NCBI RefSeq assembly: GCF_024521635.1
Contig: NW_026250414.1
Location: 372,001 to 436,000, forward strand
Direction of reading: 5' to 3'
DNA length: 64,000 bases
DNA from: Tricharina praecox
Lineage: Eukaryota
The translations under genes and the position numbers were made by a program. A model generated the notes under the pieces. That model saw only the letters and a list, made by a program, of their open reading frames with translations, ran no database searches and was not told where the DNA came from. Positions 51,257 through 62,283 of the stretch are shown piece after piece (within the stretch, counting starts at the first letter, position 1; every line of letters starts with the position of its first letter).

Positions 51257-51389
51257 GAGAGGAGGAGCTATCAGCGAGAGGAGGAGCTATCAGCGATAGG
51301 AGGAGCTATCAGCGAGAGGAGGAGCTATCAGCGAGAGGAGGAGCTATCAGCGAGAGGAGGAGCTATCAGCGAGAGGAGGAGCTATTAGC
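51257..51389. repeat. 19-bp minisatellite (GAGAGGAGGAGCTATCAGC) x7
   Basis: Seven head-to-tail copies, two with single substitutions; no spacers. Confidence 0.95.
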
Positions 51390-51566
51390 GAGAAAAGGAA
51401 GTGATACCGCCCGCAAAAGGGTCCAGTAGGGCTAGTAGCAGTAGGAGGAGACGGTGTCCGCGACGGTTCGGTGGCCGCGAGATGGATAACCCAACGCAGT
51501 ACTCCGGTGTCAACCCTGGATTTCACGACTCATGGTATTCGCAGCTATCTAAAGCCTGGGGGTTTG

Positions 51567-51879
51567 CTATCCCCTTGGGTGGCAAGCCAGGGTGGGGTAC
51601 TACGTACAGTGCATTAGCGTGTGTGATATGCATTAGCGTGGGCAATTCAGGCCAGTTGTAGTATAGTGTATTTGGCAGCGAACCTCATCTCATGAGCTGT
51701 TTGGTACCTAAACATGTTGGGCAGGAGCGCTTACTGCTGCGAAACCGGGTGTGAGGGGATGTTGATGCTTTTGATATCACTCGGTATAACCATTTTCAAG
51801 CTAAGGCGCTAATGCATATAACACACGCTAATGCACTGTACGTAGTACCCCACCCTGGACTTGCCACACAAGGGGATAG
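51567..51879. repeat. About 313-bp inverted-repeat element (72/73-bp arms), MITE/foldback-like
   Basis: Arm 51567-51638 matches the reverse complement of 51807-51879 with 2 substitutions and 1 indel. Confidence 0.9.
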
Positions 51880-52506
51880 GAACCAAGTGGTATATCCGAG
51901 GCTTGCTGCATCAATACCGTATTAAATCGAAGTCCTGTAGAATCCGGCTTCTGCGCAAAACTGGCCGGTAGGCAGGTACTAACTGCGGCTAAAGGCGGTA
52001 TTTCTGTGGTCCAAAGTGTTGGTACGGTATTGGCAACGTTGTCTTGGAAACCGGTGTTCTCAAAGAACACGTCGAATTCACAATACCGCGTGAACACCCA
52101 CCTCCGACAAATACCAATTCTGCGGCATACTTTTTTTCTGACAAAGCGAGCTGGTTTTATAACACCGTATCCACCCCTCCTTCTGCAGGACACGGTTGGA
52201 CGCCGGTGTCAATGTTACCCCGTTTTTTGCTGCTGTACTTCCTCAAACTCGAGTCTAATAGATCTATCATCTATCCCGGGTATTTCCTATACGTTTCAAG
52301 GGAACACGGCCGGAGTAGGAGCACGGCCGGACGCCGGAGGGGTAGGTAGTAATCATTCCCAGTGCCCGAGATCGAAGAAGCCTTAGTACGGTAAAGAGGG
52401 TACCATAGTGTGCTGGCCCTCTAGGACTGGGCCCTCACTGCCAGCCGTATTGTTCGTTCGACGCTCGATGGAATAACAACAACGGGCTTTGAAGTGCGAG
52501 AGTGGA

Positions 52507-52612
52507 AATGTAGGCTTGGGAGTTGCAAGAAGTGCGGAAGTGATAATGTAGGCTTGGAAGTTGCAAGAAGTGCGGAAGTGATAATGTAGGCTTGGAAGTT
52601 GCAAGAAGTGCG
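52507..52612. repeat. 38-bp tandem repeat, about 2.8 copies
   Basis: AATGTAGGCTTGGAAGTTGCAAGAAGTGCGGAAGTGAT starts at 52507, 52545 and 52583. Confidence 0.95.
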
Positions 52613-54816
52613 CGGCTGGGAATCGGTTCTGGAAGAGCAGGCTTGGAAGAATGCATCTCTTGTCCCTTCCTCCTCCTCCTCCACCTCCTCCGCCTCCAAT
52701 AGTGATCGACCTGATGATAGGTAGTCCAGGCCGAGCCGGGCTGTTGCAACTTGCATGACCTGAAAGTTGAAGCTGTTCTCTCACTCTCACGAACGGACGA
52801 GTGTGACCGTGGACGTTAACGTTGGCCCGCTGATGACGATGCCGGATATGCGTATGTGGCCACTGGCGATCTTCAAAGTTCACGACGGTCGATTTGCACA
52901 CACCATACAAGGTGCATACTCTAGATACTCTGGGGAAAGTACCATGCCCAGCGGTCAATCGACACGACTGCAGATCAGCAGGTTATGTACGGGCTCCAAG
53001 CTTAAGTGCTCTGCTCCTCTGGTATGTACATAGCCGCAGGCTGCAGTATCTACCCAGGTGCTCGACTTCCTTGTCGCTGGACAATACTCTACCGTACCGT
53101 AGTCAATCCCGGGCGCTGTGCAATCACAAGCCATCACCCGTCATTCCCGGCCGCGCACTCGAACACGCAGCTTTCCAGATATAATCCAGGCTTCCAGCGC
53201 TGCCCGACCACAGATACTACGTTTCGTTTCGTTTCGGGTCTGCCATGCGCATTCAGCTTATGCACTCACAAAGGTGCGTAAGTGCGTTCCGACCCACCCA
53301 TCCAAAACCCAGCCAAAACCCAGCCTGCGGACTGCGCAGTGCGTATGGTTCCTCCAGCTCCTCCAGCGTCCAATCCACTCAACCGGATCACCAGTGCAGC
53401 CCCGGTGAAGCCCCGGTGCAACCCCAAACTGCAAACATGGCAATTGCACTGAGGCATCTACTCTACTCTGCATAAGAGTTTCTGCATGTGAGTTCTGCAC
53501 AGGAGTCCAGCTCGCTTTGCTTACCTCTACTCTGCGTAGAGTAGAGTCGACGTATCACGTAAGCGCTCGTGACCACCTCCAAAACAATGACTGACGAACC
53601 GACGAGTCAACGAGTGAAGACCAACGGCCAACGACGAGCATGACCGACCGCAGACCAACAACCGGCGACCGCAGACCGACCGCAGACTGAATACGGCTCC
53701 CTCCTCGTAACTTCGCTCCCCGGCTCCTTCTCCGCCACAAAAAAGCAAAATCATTTTCGGCACCCTATGTACCGCCTTACGTAGAGTACTCTACATATGA
53801 CCACCCAGCCAGCTAGCAGGTACCGTATACCGGTAGATATACCGGTATGCATGGTAGTATTGGAAGACAGAGTGATGAAGATTCCGGGGAGGGAGGGGAA
53901 AAAGCAAAATGGACGTCGAATGCATGAGAACCGGGACATGCTATGTACCTATACTACTAGGTATACCTACTACTATAACGACCATCTACTATAACTACTG
54001 GTACTAGAATAGTAGTACCGAACGTCATCGTCGGATGGCCACAGTTGGTGGGTTATCACTTCGAGTGGGTAGATATATCGAAGTATGTACAGAAACCAGA
54101 ACGCATAATTGTTCCGGCAGGGCCTCACGTAGGAGGCGCAAAGATTTCAGGTATCTTGCTTCAGCGGACTGATGGGAAGAGTGTGTGGCTTCTTTGTTTG
54201 CACTCGAGCTGAGAACGGTGTTCGAGTTGAATAGGTAGCTCACGGAATTGGAATTGCACAGAAGTTCAGAAGTGTCAAGAAATTTGGTGTATCATGATGA
54301 ATATTCAAAATCCCATACTTGGTACCAACAAAAAACAATAGTGAAAAAACAGTTCCCATAAACACCCAATTCCCAGTCCCGAATTCCCAAAGCCCTAGCC
54401 AAAACAGTACAGAAACCATACAGAAGGAGATGTACAGAGTAATTTTATACAGGAGAAAACGAAATGGCAGTCCTCTGATCGATCCCATCCAATCCCCAAT
54501 CCCGGTGTCCCGATTTTCCTCTTCATAACTAAGACGTTGAGGTCTTTTCATCCACCCTCCCTCTCCCTTCCCAAGAAGATTAAAATAGAGTTGGAATACA
54601 AGCAAAAAACAAAAACAACACAAAAAACACCAGTAGGCACCAGATTCCGAACACCGGTCCCTTAACAGACAGCAAGAGCAAGAGCAAGAGAAATCAAGAG
54701 AAAGCAAAAATCCGCGATGAGGATATCGCACGGGTATACCCAAAACGCCATTTGTAAAGCAACAGAAGCAAGCGCAATCGAGAGCAGAGGCGAGCAGAGC
54801 AGGTGGCGGCAGAAAT

Positions 54817-55290
54817 CTACTGCGACCCGGCCGAGCGAATCTTCGAGAGTCTATTCAGGACGCGGTCCGCGCTGTTCCTGAAGCTGTTCGCATGTACGGC
54901 GCTAACATCTGACCGAGCCGAGGAGCTCGAGTTGCGCGGGGTGCCATCATTCTTGCTGTAGTGGGAGCGGGTAGAGATCGCGTCCGCGGGGACGATGTTG
55001 CCTGCGCCGCCGCGCCCAACGGAGTACACCGGTGCGTGGTGCTCGTGGAAGAGGCGGTCGCGCTCCAGCTCTTCGTCGAAGCTGAAGATCGTGCGCTCGC
55101 TGGTAGGCCGCACGTTCCCGGCACCGCCACGCCCGCCAAAGAAGCGCGAGGACTGCGAGTTGGGGAGCGTGGTGGGTGGGGGAGGCAGAGGCGCCGTCTC
55201 GAGGCGGTGGTAGTTGCCTGCGCCGCCGCGGCCCGAGGTGTAGTACCGCCCGGCGGTGTGGAGGGGAGAGGGCTCGGCGATGACGGTCAT
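54817..55290 (-). CDS. GRGGAGN-repeat protein (DUF3602 / Par32-like), 157 aa
   Basis: Three GRGGAGN motifs (TSGRGGAGNY, GGRGGAGNV, VGRGGAGNI); ATG at 55290 in CACAATG context; TATATAA about 300 bp upstream. Confidence 0.8.
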   Translation of the reverse strand: MTVIAEPSPLHTAGRYYTSGRGGAGNYHRLETAPLPPPPTTLPNSQSSRFFGGRGGAGNVRPTSERTIFSFDEELERDRLFHEHHAPVYSVGRGGAGNIVPADAISTRSHYSKNDGTPRNSSSSARSDVSAVHANSFRNSADRVLNRLSKIRSAGSQ

Positions 55291-58200
55291 TGTGTTGGTT
55301 GTGGTGGTGGTGGTGGTGGTTGTGATTGTGGTGGTGGTGGTGGTTGTGGTGGTGGTTGTGGTTGTGGTGGTGGTGTTGTTGGGAGCTTGCGAAGGAAGCT
55401 GTTGATGTTTATACGGAGAGTGATTGAGAAAGTTTTTGAAGCTAGAAGCTTGAAGCTGCTGGTTGATTGAGAGTGGGTTGTGGTTGTGGTTGTAGTTTGG
55501 AGAAGAAGCTGGGTGGGTCCGAAGACTGTAGTGTGCTGATTGATGCTGTTGATGATGGGAGCAACAACATCGTGAAGCGGCCGCGGGGCTTATATACCGA
55601 ACATGCAAGTTGGTCGACGGATGGGCGTTCCAACATCCATCCACACACCAGAGGGGGGTGGTCCACGATGAAAATTGTTACCAGTGCCTTACTTAGCACA
55701 GGAGCAGAGCGGCGCGAACCTGTCATGTCAGAAGAGCTAGCAACTACGCCATCCCCCCAGCTGCGCTGCGCTGCCTGTCCTGCCCGCCTAACAAAACTCT
55801 GCAGCTATTACCCCATAGTAACACCCGCCGAGCCCTTGCTAGTCGTCACACGACCGAACCCATCCCTGGGACCAACATTCCCATGTACGGGCCAATGATG
55901 CGTGAAACGTGTGAGTGAGGCCATCCGACGCCGACGAGGACGACCACGCCGACGATGGATGGGACGCCAGCCAGCTGCATCCAGCTGCATCACAGCTTTG
56001 TGGCCCAGCATAGCAGGGCAGGGCACCGAGGGCAGGGCAGGGAGGCGAACAACGTCTTTGGCCTCGGCCAGCAGCCAGCAGCCAGAGCCAGAGCCAAAGC
56101 CAGAAGCACCACCGTTTTTTTCTTGCTTTCTTTGTCCTTCTCTTCATTCCGCGCCTCAGCACCACCAGCTCCCACTCTCACTCCGGCGAGAAAACTCTGA
56201 CCGAACCCATGGCCAGGTGGCCAATCAGCAGACGGGTTCTTGCACGCTGGGTAGTATTTCGGTGACCTCAGGTCCCCAGGTCCCCGACTCCCCGGGCGGG
56301 CCCACCAGCACCAGTGAGTACCAGCAGCACCACCGCCCCCCTGACGCGCGTGTAAACCACTCTTCCATCCATACTCAGCAACCACCACCCCGGCGATTTG
56401 AATGTCCAGCCGCTAATTCCCCAAGCTGCAAGTCTCCCGCTTCGACTTGCGGATAGGGATCAGGATCAGATCAGGCCCATCATCCTTCCACACACGCATC
56501 CATCGTTGTCAAGCGAGGATCGATCGCCTTGCTGCGTGCTTGCTGCGTGCGGCGTGCTGCGAAACTGCGAAACTGCTCGTTTCCTTTCCTGCCTCGCACA
56601 CGCTGAGTACTCTACATACTCTACAGACCATGCATAGCACACACATACATACATACGGCCTACCTTCCCTCCCGAGCTGCTGCGCGACGGTTTCCGTTAC
56701 ATAACAACCGAGTAACTACACACACGGACGGACGGGGCTGCAAGCACTACCTACTCTAACTAACCACGAACCAACAAGGTAACTAACTCATATACTCCGC
56801 TGGCTGGATGGATGGACGGCAGTGGATCGCTCGGCAGCATGCCTGAAGCATGCCTGGAGGGAGATTCGAGAGTGCGTGTGAGAGTGAGTCGTATGGATGC
56901 AAATTGATGATGAATTATTGCGAACATCTGAGCGAATCGTCTGGCCCATGGTTCGTTCGTTCGTGTTGCTGAATTGCACCGGTAGGTATGAGGTATGTAA
57001 CAATGTGCTCGGTATGTAGAGCATGTAGAGCATGATACTCTACACGGCACTGCGATCCGTATAGTTGGAGTCTGGATACGGTGCATACGGCATAGGTATA
57101 CGACGACTCGAGGTCGACGAGACAGCTTCGGCGTCAGGCGCACGTTGTTTGAAGTTCTTCTTTTTACGTACACATAGTAGCTGTCGGTACTTTCATTGTC
57201 TCGCCGGCTCTCCGCCATGCCAGGGGAAGGGGAAGGGAAAGGCGGAGGCCGCACATCCATCCACCCCAAGTTACCAACGATCTGCTCCAGAATCAGAGTC
57301 ATGTCCACATGGGACGGACGTCGGACGTCGAGCGGGCTCCATCCATCTTTGGACATTCCGAGATGATGGCCACCGTGCTTCAGGAGACTGGCTGTAACTA
57401 ACCAAGCAATTGCACTAATAGTGGTACACAAATAGGTAGATACATAATAGTCGTCGTCGTCTAGTGTGCCAATACTCCGAGATCCACTCCAGAGACTTCT
57501 CCACACATCGATACCAAAGTAGGCAGAGTAGTAGGCGACCAGACCAGCGATCCAATCCAATTCGCTTAGTAGAGCTCGAGCTGGCTGCTGGCGGAGCATT
57601 GTGTGTGCTGGTGCTGGTTTGCAGCCCGTCCGTGTCCACAGCTTGCACCGCCAGGCCGCCAGCAGCTAGCTGTGTGGCCGTGAGCAGGTCACTACGAATG
57701 CCCAGCCATCAATCTCCGCTGCTCATTACTGTCCAGTGTCGCTCATCACTGTTGTCGCCCATCACTGTTGTTGTTCTTGACGTTGCTGTTCTTAACGTTG
57801 ACGTTCCAGCAAACGCCAGCCGATCGGGATCGGGAATCGGAGCTCTCACAGTCTTCCAAACACACAATTCGTTCATTCCATTCCATGCCACAGCCTCAGT
57901 CACTCATCTGAACTGCCACAAAGAGCATCTCCTGGAAGTTCGCCGGTTGGCCGGTTGGATTGGATTGGATTAGGTTTGTGGTTGGGTTGGCCAGGTCCAG
58001 CCCAGCTGGCCAGACAGCAGAAGGCCAGACGGCTGGCACTGGGCAGAAACACAACATCCATCCATCCATCCATCCTTCAGCTGCCGTGCATCTGCGTCCG
58101 GATCAGAAACAGAATAGAAGAAAAGAAAGGAAAAGAAAAGGAAAGGAAGGGAAAGGGTCGGGTGGCCAAGCGAGCTCACACAACACACAGAGACACACAG

Positions 58201-61200
58201 AGACACACAGACACGGACACACATTCCAACAGAGTCGAGTCAGAGTCAGACTCTTTCACGATGCCTTCACACCCTTCACACGCACGCCTGCACACATGGC
58301 GCACGCACCACCAGCCAGCACCAGCAGCCCAGCCAGCAACCGGCGCACCGTCCGCCGCACCGTCCGTCCTCCACGCCACGCCCCGCCGCGCCGAGGACCG
58401 AACAAAGCAAAAGCAAAAGCCCATCCATCCGTCCCAAGCCGCAGCGCGCTAAACTCCTATCCACAACCGCAGGCGGGAGGGAGGATCCTTCGTAACTTCG
58501 TCTTTCATCCTTCGTCGGCGTCGGCGTTGTCGTTGCTTTTTGCCTCCCCCCCCCAGACCCCCCGCAACCGCATCATGTAGAGTAACTACCGTGTACCGTG
58601 TGTATGGATGTATGGATGGATAGACGGCTACATCCAAGTTTGAGCTTTGCGGATTGATTCTTCTTCTTCTTCTTCTTCTTCTTCTCGCTAGAGTACTCTA
58701 GATGGAGACGCGTCGTGACTGACTGACTGACTGACTGACTGCGTGCATGAGTTATGTAGAGTACCGGCTCTTTGCCCGTTGCTCTCTGCTCCAGCCTGTG
58801 TCCTCGGACTTGGGCGAAGGAGGGGGAGAGAGTGGCCACGGGCCACGCAGGTACCTAGGAGTACCTTACCTCAAGACTCAAGTTCCAAGTTCAAGTTCCC
58901 AGCATCCCTCCAAAAAAATCTCCTCCCTTGGGTGCAAATTCCCCCCCTCCCCTTGGTGGTGGCGGCTAGGCGGATCACGGATGGAACTTTCTCTGCAAGA
59001 ACTGCAAGTTGCAACCCCTCGTCCACAAAGCAAAGGCGTAGTCCATTTCGGGTAGTCGCCGAACACAACGGTGCGTCGTCGGTGCCGGCCAAGTGCGAGT
59101 GTGTGACGGACCGGATTGGCTCGCAAGGAATGCGGGGAAGGCTTTGGGGGCTTGGCGGCCAGACCAGGACAGGACCGGGCAGGAAAGGACAGGACGACAA
59201 GGGCAGGGGAGGCCGGAGAGCGTATCCCGTGCAACCACCAGCAGCACCAGCAGAACCACAACTCCCCACCAACTGCAGGAGGATTCCAGTCACCTGGAAG
59301 TATCGTGAAACGGCTGTGCTTGGGGCTGGGCGGCGGTTGGGGTTTTCTTTGGGAGGAGGCGAGATTTCTGCCGGCGCTGGTGCTGGTGCTGGCTGATGGG
59401 ACAGGCGAGCTTTGGCTTTGGCTTTGGCTTTGAAGAAGGTGCAGGGAAAAGCTGATGCTGATGCTGAGGCGGAACCGAAACGAGGTCCAGCTCCAACTTG
59501 GGCGCTCGTCTGGCTGGCTGGCTGGATGGCTCTTCGGCAAAAAATCATCAAAGCATAAATCGCTCTACCTATGGGGTAAGGCTGGCTGGCGTGCTTCAGC
59601 ATCCATCTTCACGATCCTGCGAGGTGCGCCTTTTCTTTGGGCACTCTACCTAGTTGACGCTGGGTATGTAGGACTCTGCTCTAGTTGACGCTGGGTGCCT
59701 ATGCTGCTGGGTATTCTGGTGGAGGAAAGTACCGTAGGTATGCGACGGGTCCATCCGCCGCCGATGAAGTTGTTGCTGGTAGTCAGCCACACATCTCCTG
59801 GGTGCTTTACACAGGCTTGGTATGATGGCCGGCGGAGATTCGGCGTCGTCGCACCACCACCACCACCACCACCTCCACCACCACCTCCACCACCACCTCC
59901 ACCAACAACGCCACGCGGGGACCAGCACAGACACCAGCCAGCCAGCGCCGGACCCAGCGCCATCTCCACCACTCTGCGGTAGCCAACGCCATTCCATCCG
60001 CCCAACCCAACGCTGGAGTTGGTACTGGCAGGTACTCTACATACCATCCATCGTGAGTACAGTACAGAGATTTCACGACCGTCCAGATCCGCCGGCCATC
60101 CAAGCTCCATCCAAGTTCGCAGTTCGCAGTTCCACTCATCCCGATTCCAGACCCAATCGAACGGGCAAAAGCACCAACAAAAAACCAAAGAAAAAGAAAA
60201 CGCCCAAACCTAAAAAAACCTCCTCGGTCCTCACATCACAGCCAACACCAACCAGCCGTTCCCTGAGCCCTCCCTCCCATCTTCTTTCTTTCTTTCTTTC
60301 TTTCCTTCGGTTGCCTTGCCTTGCCTTGCCTTTGACGTGAGTGAAACCGTAGAGTAATAGAGTACCTAGACGAAGTTTACTCCCCTCCACCTGGTGCTCT
60401 GCTCTACCGTTTGCGTTTTACTTTTTCCCGTCGGCGGCCGCTGCTGCTGCTGGGGCGATCGGGCGATGCGATGCTTTTACTATGATATGTATGGGCACAT
60501 TTCTGATTCCGTTCCTTTTGTCTGTATGTAACCAACCCAACCCAGTGAACCAACCCGTCCCTGTGGCGGACGTCATCGACAGCAACACACACCACAAAAA
60601 AAAAACCAAAACCTTCCCAGCGATCGCTAAACACCTCGTCATCGCATCGTGATCGTCTTTCATCTCTCGGAGGGACGCAGGCCTGGAAGCGTCTTTGCGT
60701 AATCCTCCTCCCACCTTCTCGTCCTCGAGTCTTGAGTCGTCGCACTCTATTTCCGTTCAGGTACGGTGCGGTGCGCCCCTCCCTCTTCTGCCCCTCCCTC
60801 TTCCTCGTCTGCCTGACTTTGCGCCCCGTGCGCCGCGAACGCGCGACGACAGGATGAGGACGGCGATCAGACCTGTCGCACTAGTAGAGCACGGTACAGT
60901 AGAGCCTGCGCAAAAGGTCATGAGGCGACGCGAGGGAGTGCGGCGAGTGACATCGTGATGATGGCTGTAACTTCCTTTCACTGTCGAGTGTCGGCTGGTC
61001 AGTGGTCGCCCCCCTGTACTTCGGCTAGTACGGGGGGGTAAAGAGGCGGTAGGATAGCCAGACGGACCTCTGTCTCCGCTCCGCCCCCGTCCCGCCCCCC
61101 CCGTCCCGCCCCCGTGAAACCGCAACACATGATCTACCTGGGTACGCGCTGAGAACTCCACATCCTCCGCATCTTTTGCAGATTCCCAGCCTCGCTGTGT

Positions 61201-62283
61201 ATGTAGGTCGGTAGGAAGTAGGTACGTAGGATGTGCGTAGCTGTACATCGCGGTCCGCCAGCCGACACCGGACAACTTCCAGGCTCCAGGGACCAGCACC
61301 GGATGAGCGCCGGCCACTGAGCTCACCGAGCCCACGTAGTTCACGATGCTACATACGCTCCAACTTTGGCTTCAAAGGGGGCAGCCCGGGGGTGATGTAC
61401 TATTTACTACGGTACTCTAGTAGATGCCTATGCCCATGCCGCACGCATTCCCATGCCGTGCCTCGATCAAACCTACCTTTCACCTTCTCGCCTTCTCGCC
61501 TTCCACCTTCTCGCCTCCTCCGTCTCGCCTCCTCTCCGTCTCTCCAAAAAAGCGGGTTACTCCAGAGTAGTCTACATACGGTACATACGGTAGTTAAACG
61601 ATTACGCCATGCGGCGCTGGGATTATGTGCACCCAGCAAAGTTGCAAAGTTGCATAGAAGGGAGGGAGGGGCATATTGCTTCTTTCTTTCTCCTCGGAGA
61701 TTTTCCGTGACCTGCCTCCATAGTACTCTAGAGTAGAGTAGAGTGCTCTATGTACCTTGGGAGTTGTGGTGACCTGCGGTACTTCTGCCTGTGGATGTGG
61801 ATGCGCGTGTGGATGGGTATGTGTGTGGACATGTGGATGGGTATGGGGATGGATGTGTCATCCACGCTCCTCCTCATCCTCCTCGCCCACCTCGCCCTCG
61901 TCCATCTGGGGGCATATATACGAGAGCGAGCACACGCAACATCCTCTACATGTGCAAAAGAGGAAAGAAAAAAAAGGAAGAAAAAAAAGGAAAAAAAACC
62001 CGGTGGTGTAAAAAAAGTGATCGCCGTTCATTAATAAGTACGGACTTATGTGTGTGTACCCATCAAATAATTTTTCCCCCTTCTGGGCTGGGCCGCTGGG
62101 CCTTCAAGTTCGGCCAGCCATACAAGTTGCAAGCTACAAGCTACAAGTTTACAAGTTTACAACCACTTAGGCCCCGGAGTCATACTGGATATAGAACTTA
62201 GAACTACAACTTTTTTTTCTCCTTGCAGGGCGGTTACGTGATCAACGCAATGGGTAGGTACTCTAGAGTACTCGCTAGAGCAG

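Noticed and set aside
51257-51389. Possible CRISPR-like array
   Set aside because: Repeats are head-to-tail without spacers, and the DNA is eukaryotic.
55291-55644. Poly-Thr N-terminal extension of the GRGGAGN protein
   Set aside because: Translation of an (ACC/ACA)n tract in the likely 5'UTR; a TATA-like element lies within the extension.
60962-60975. GGCTGTAA as the 5' end of SRP RNA
   Set aside because: Lacks the following TGGC and the conserved helix-8 motif.
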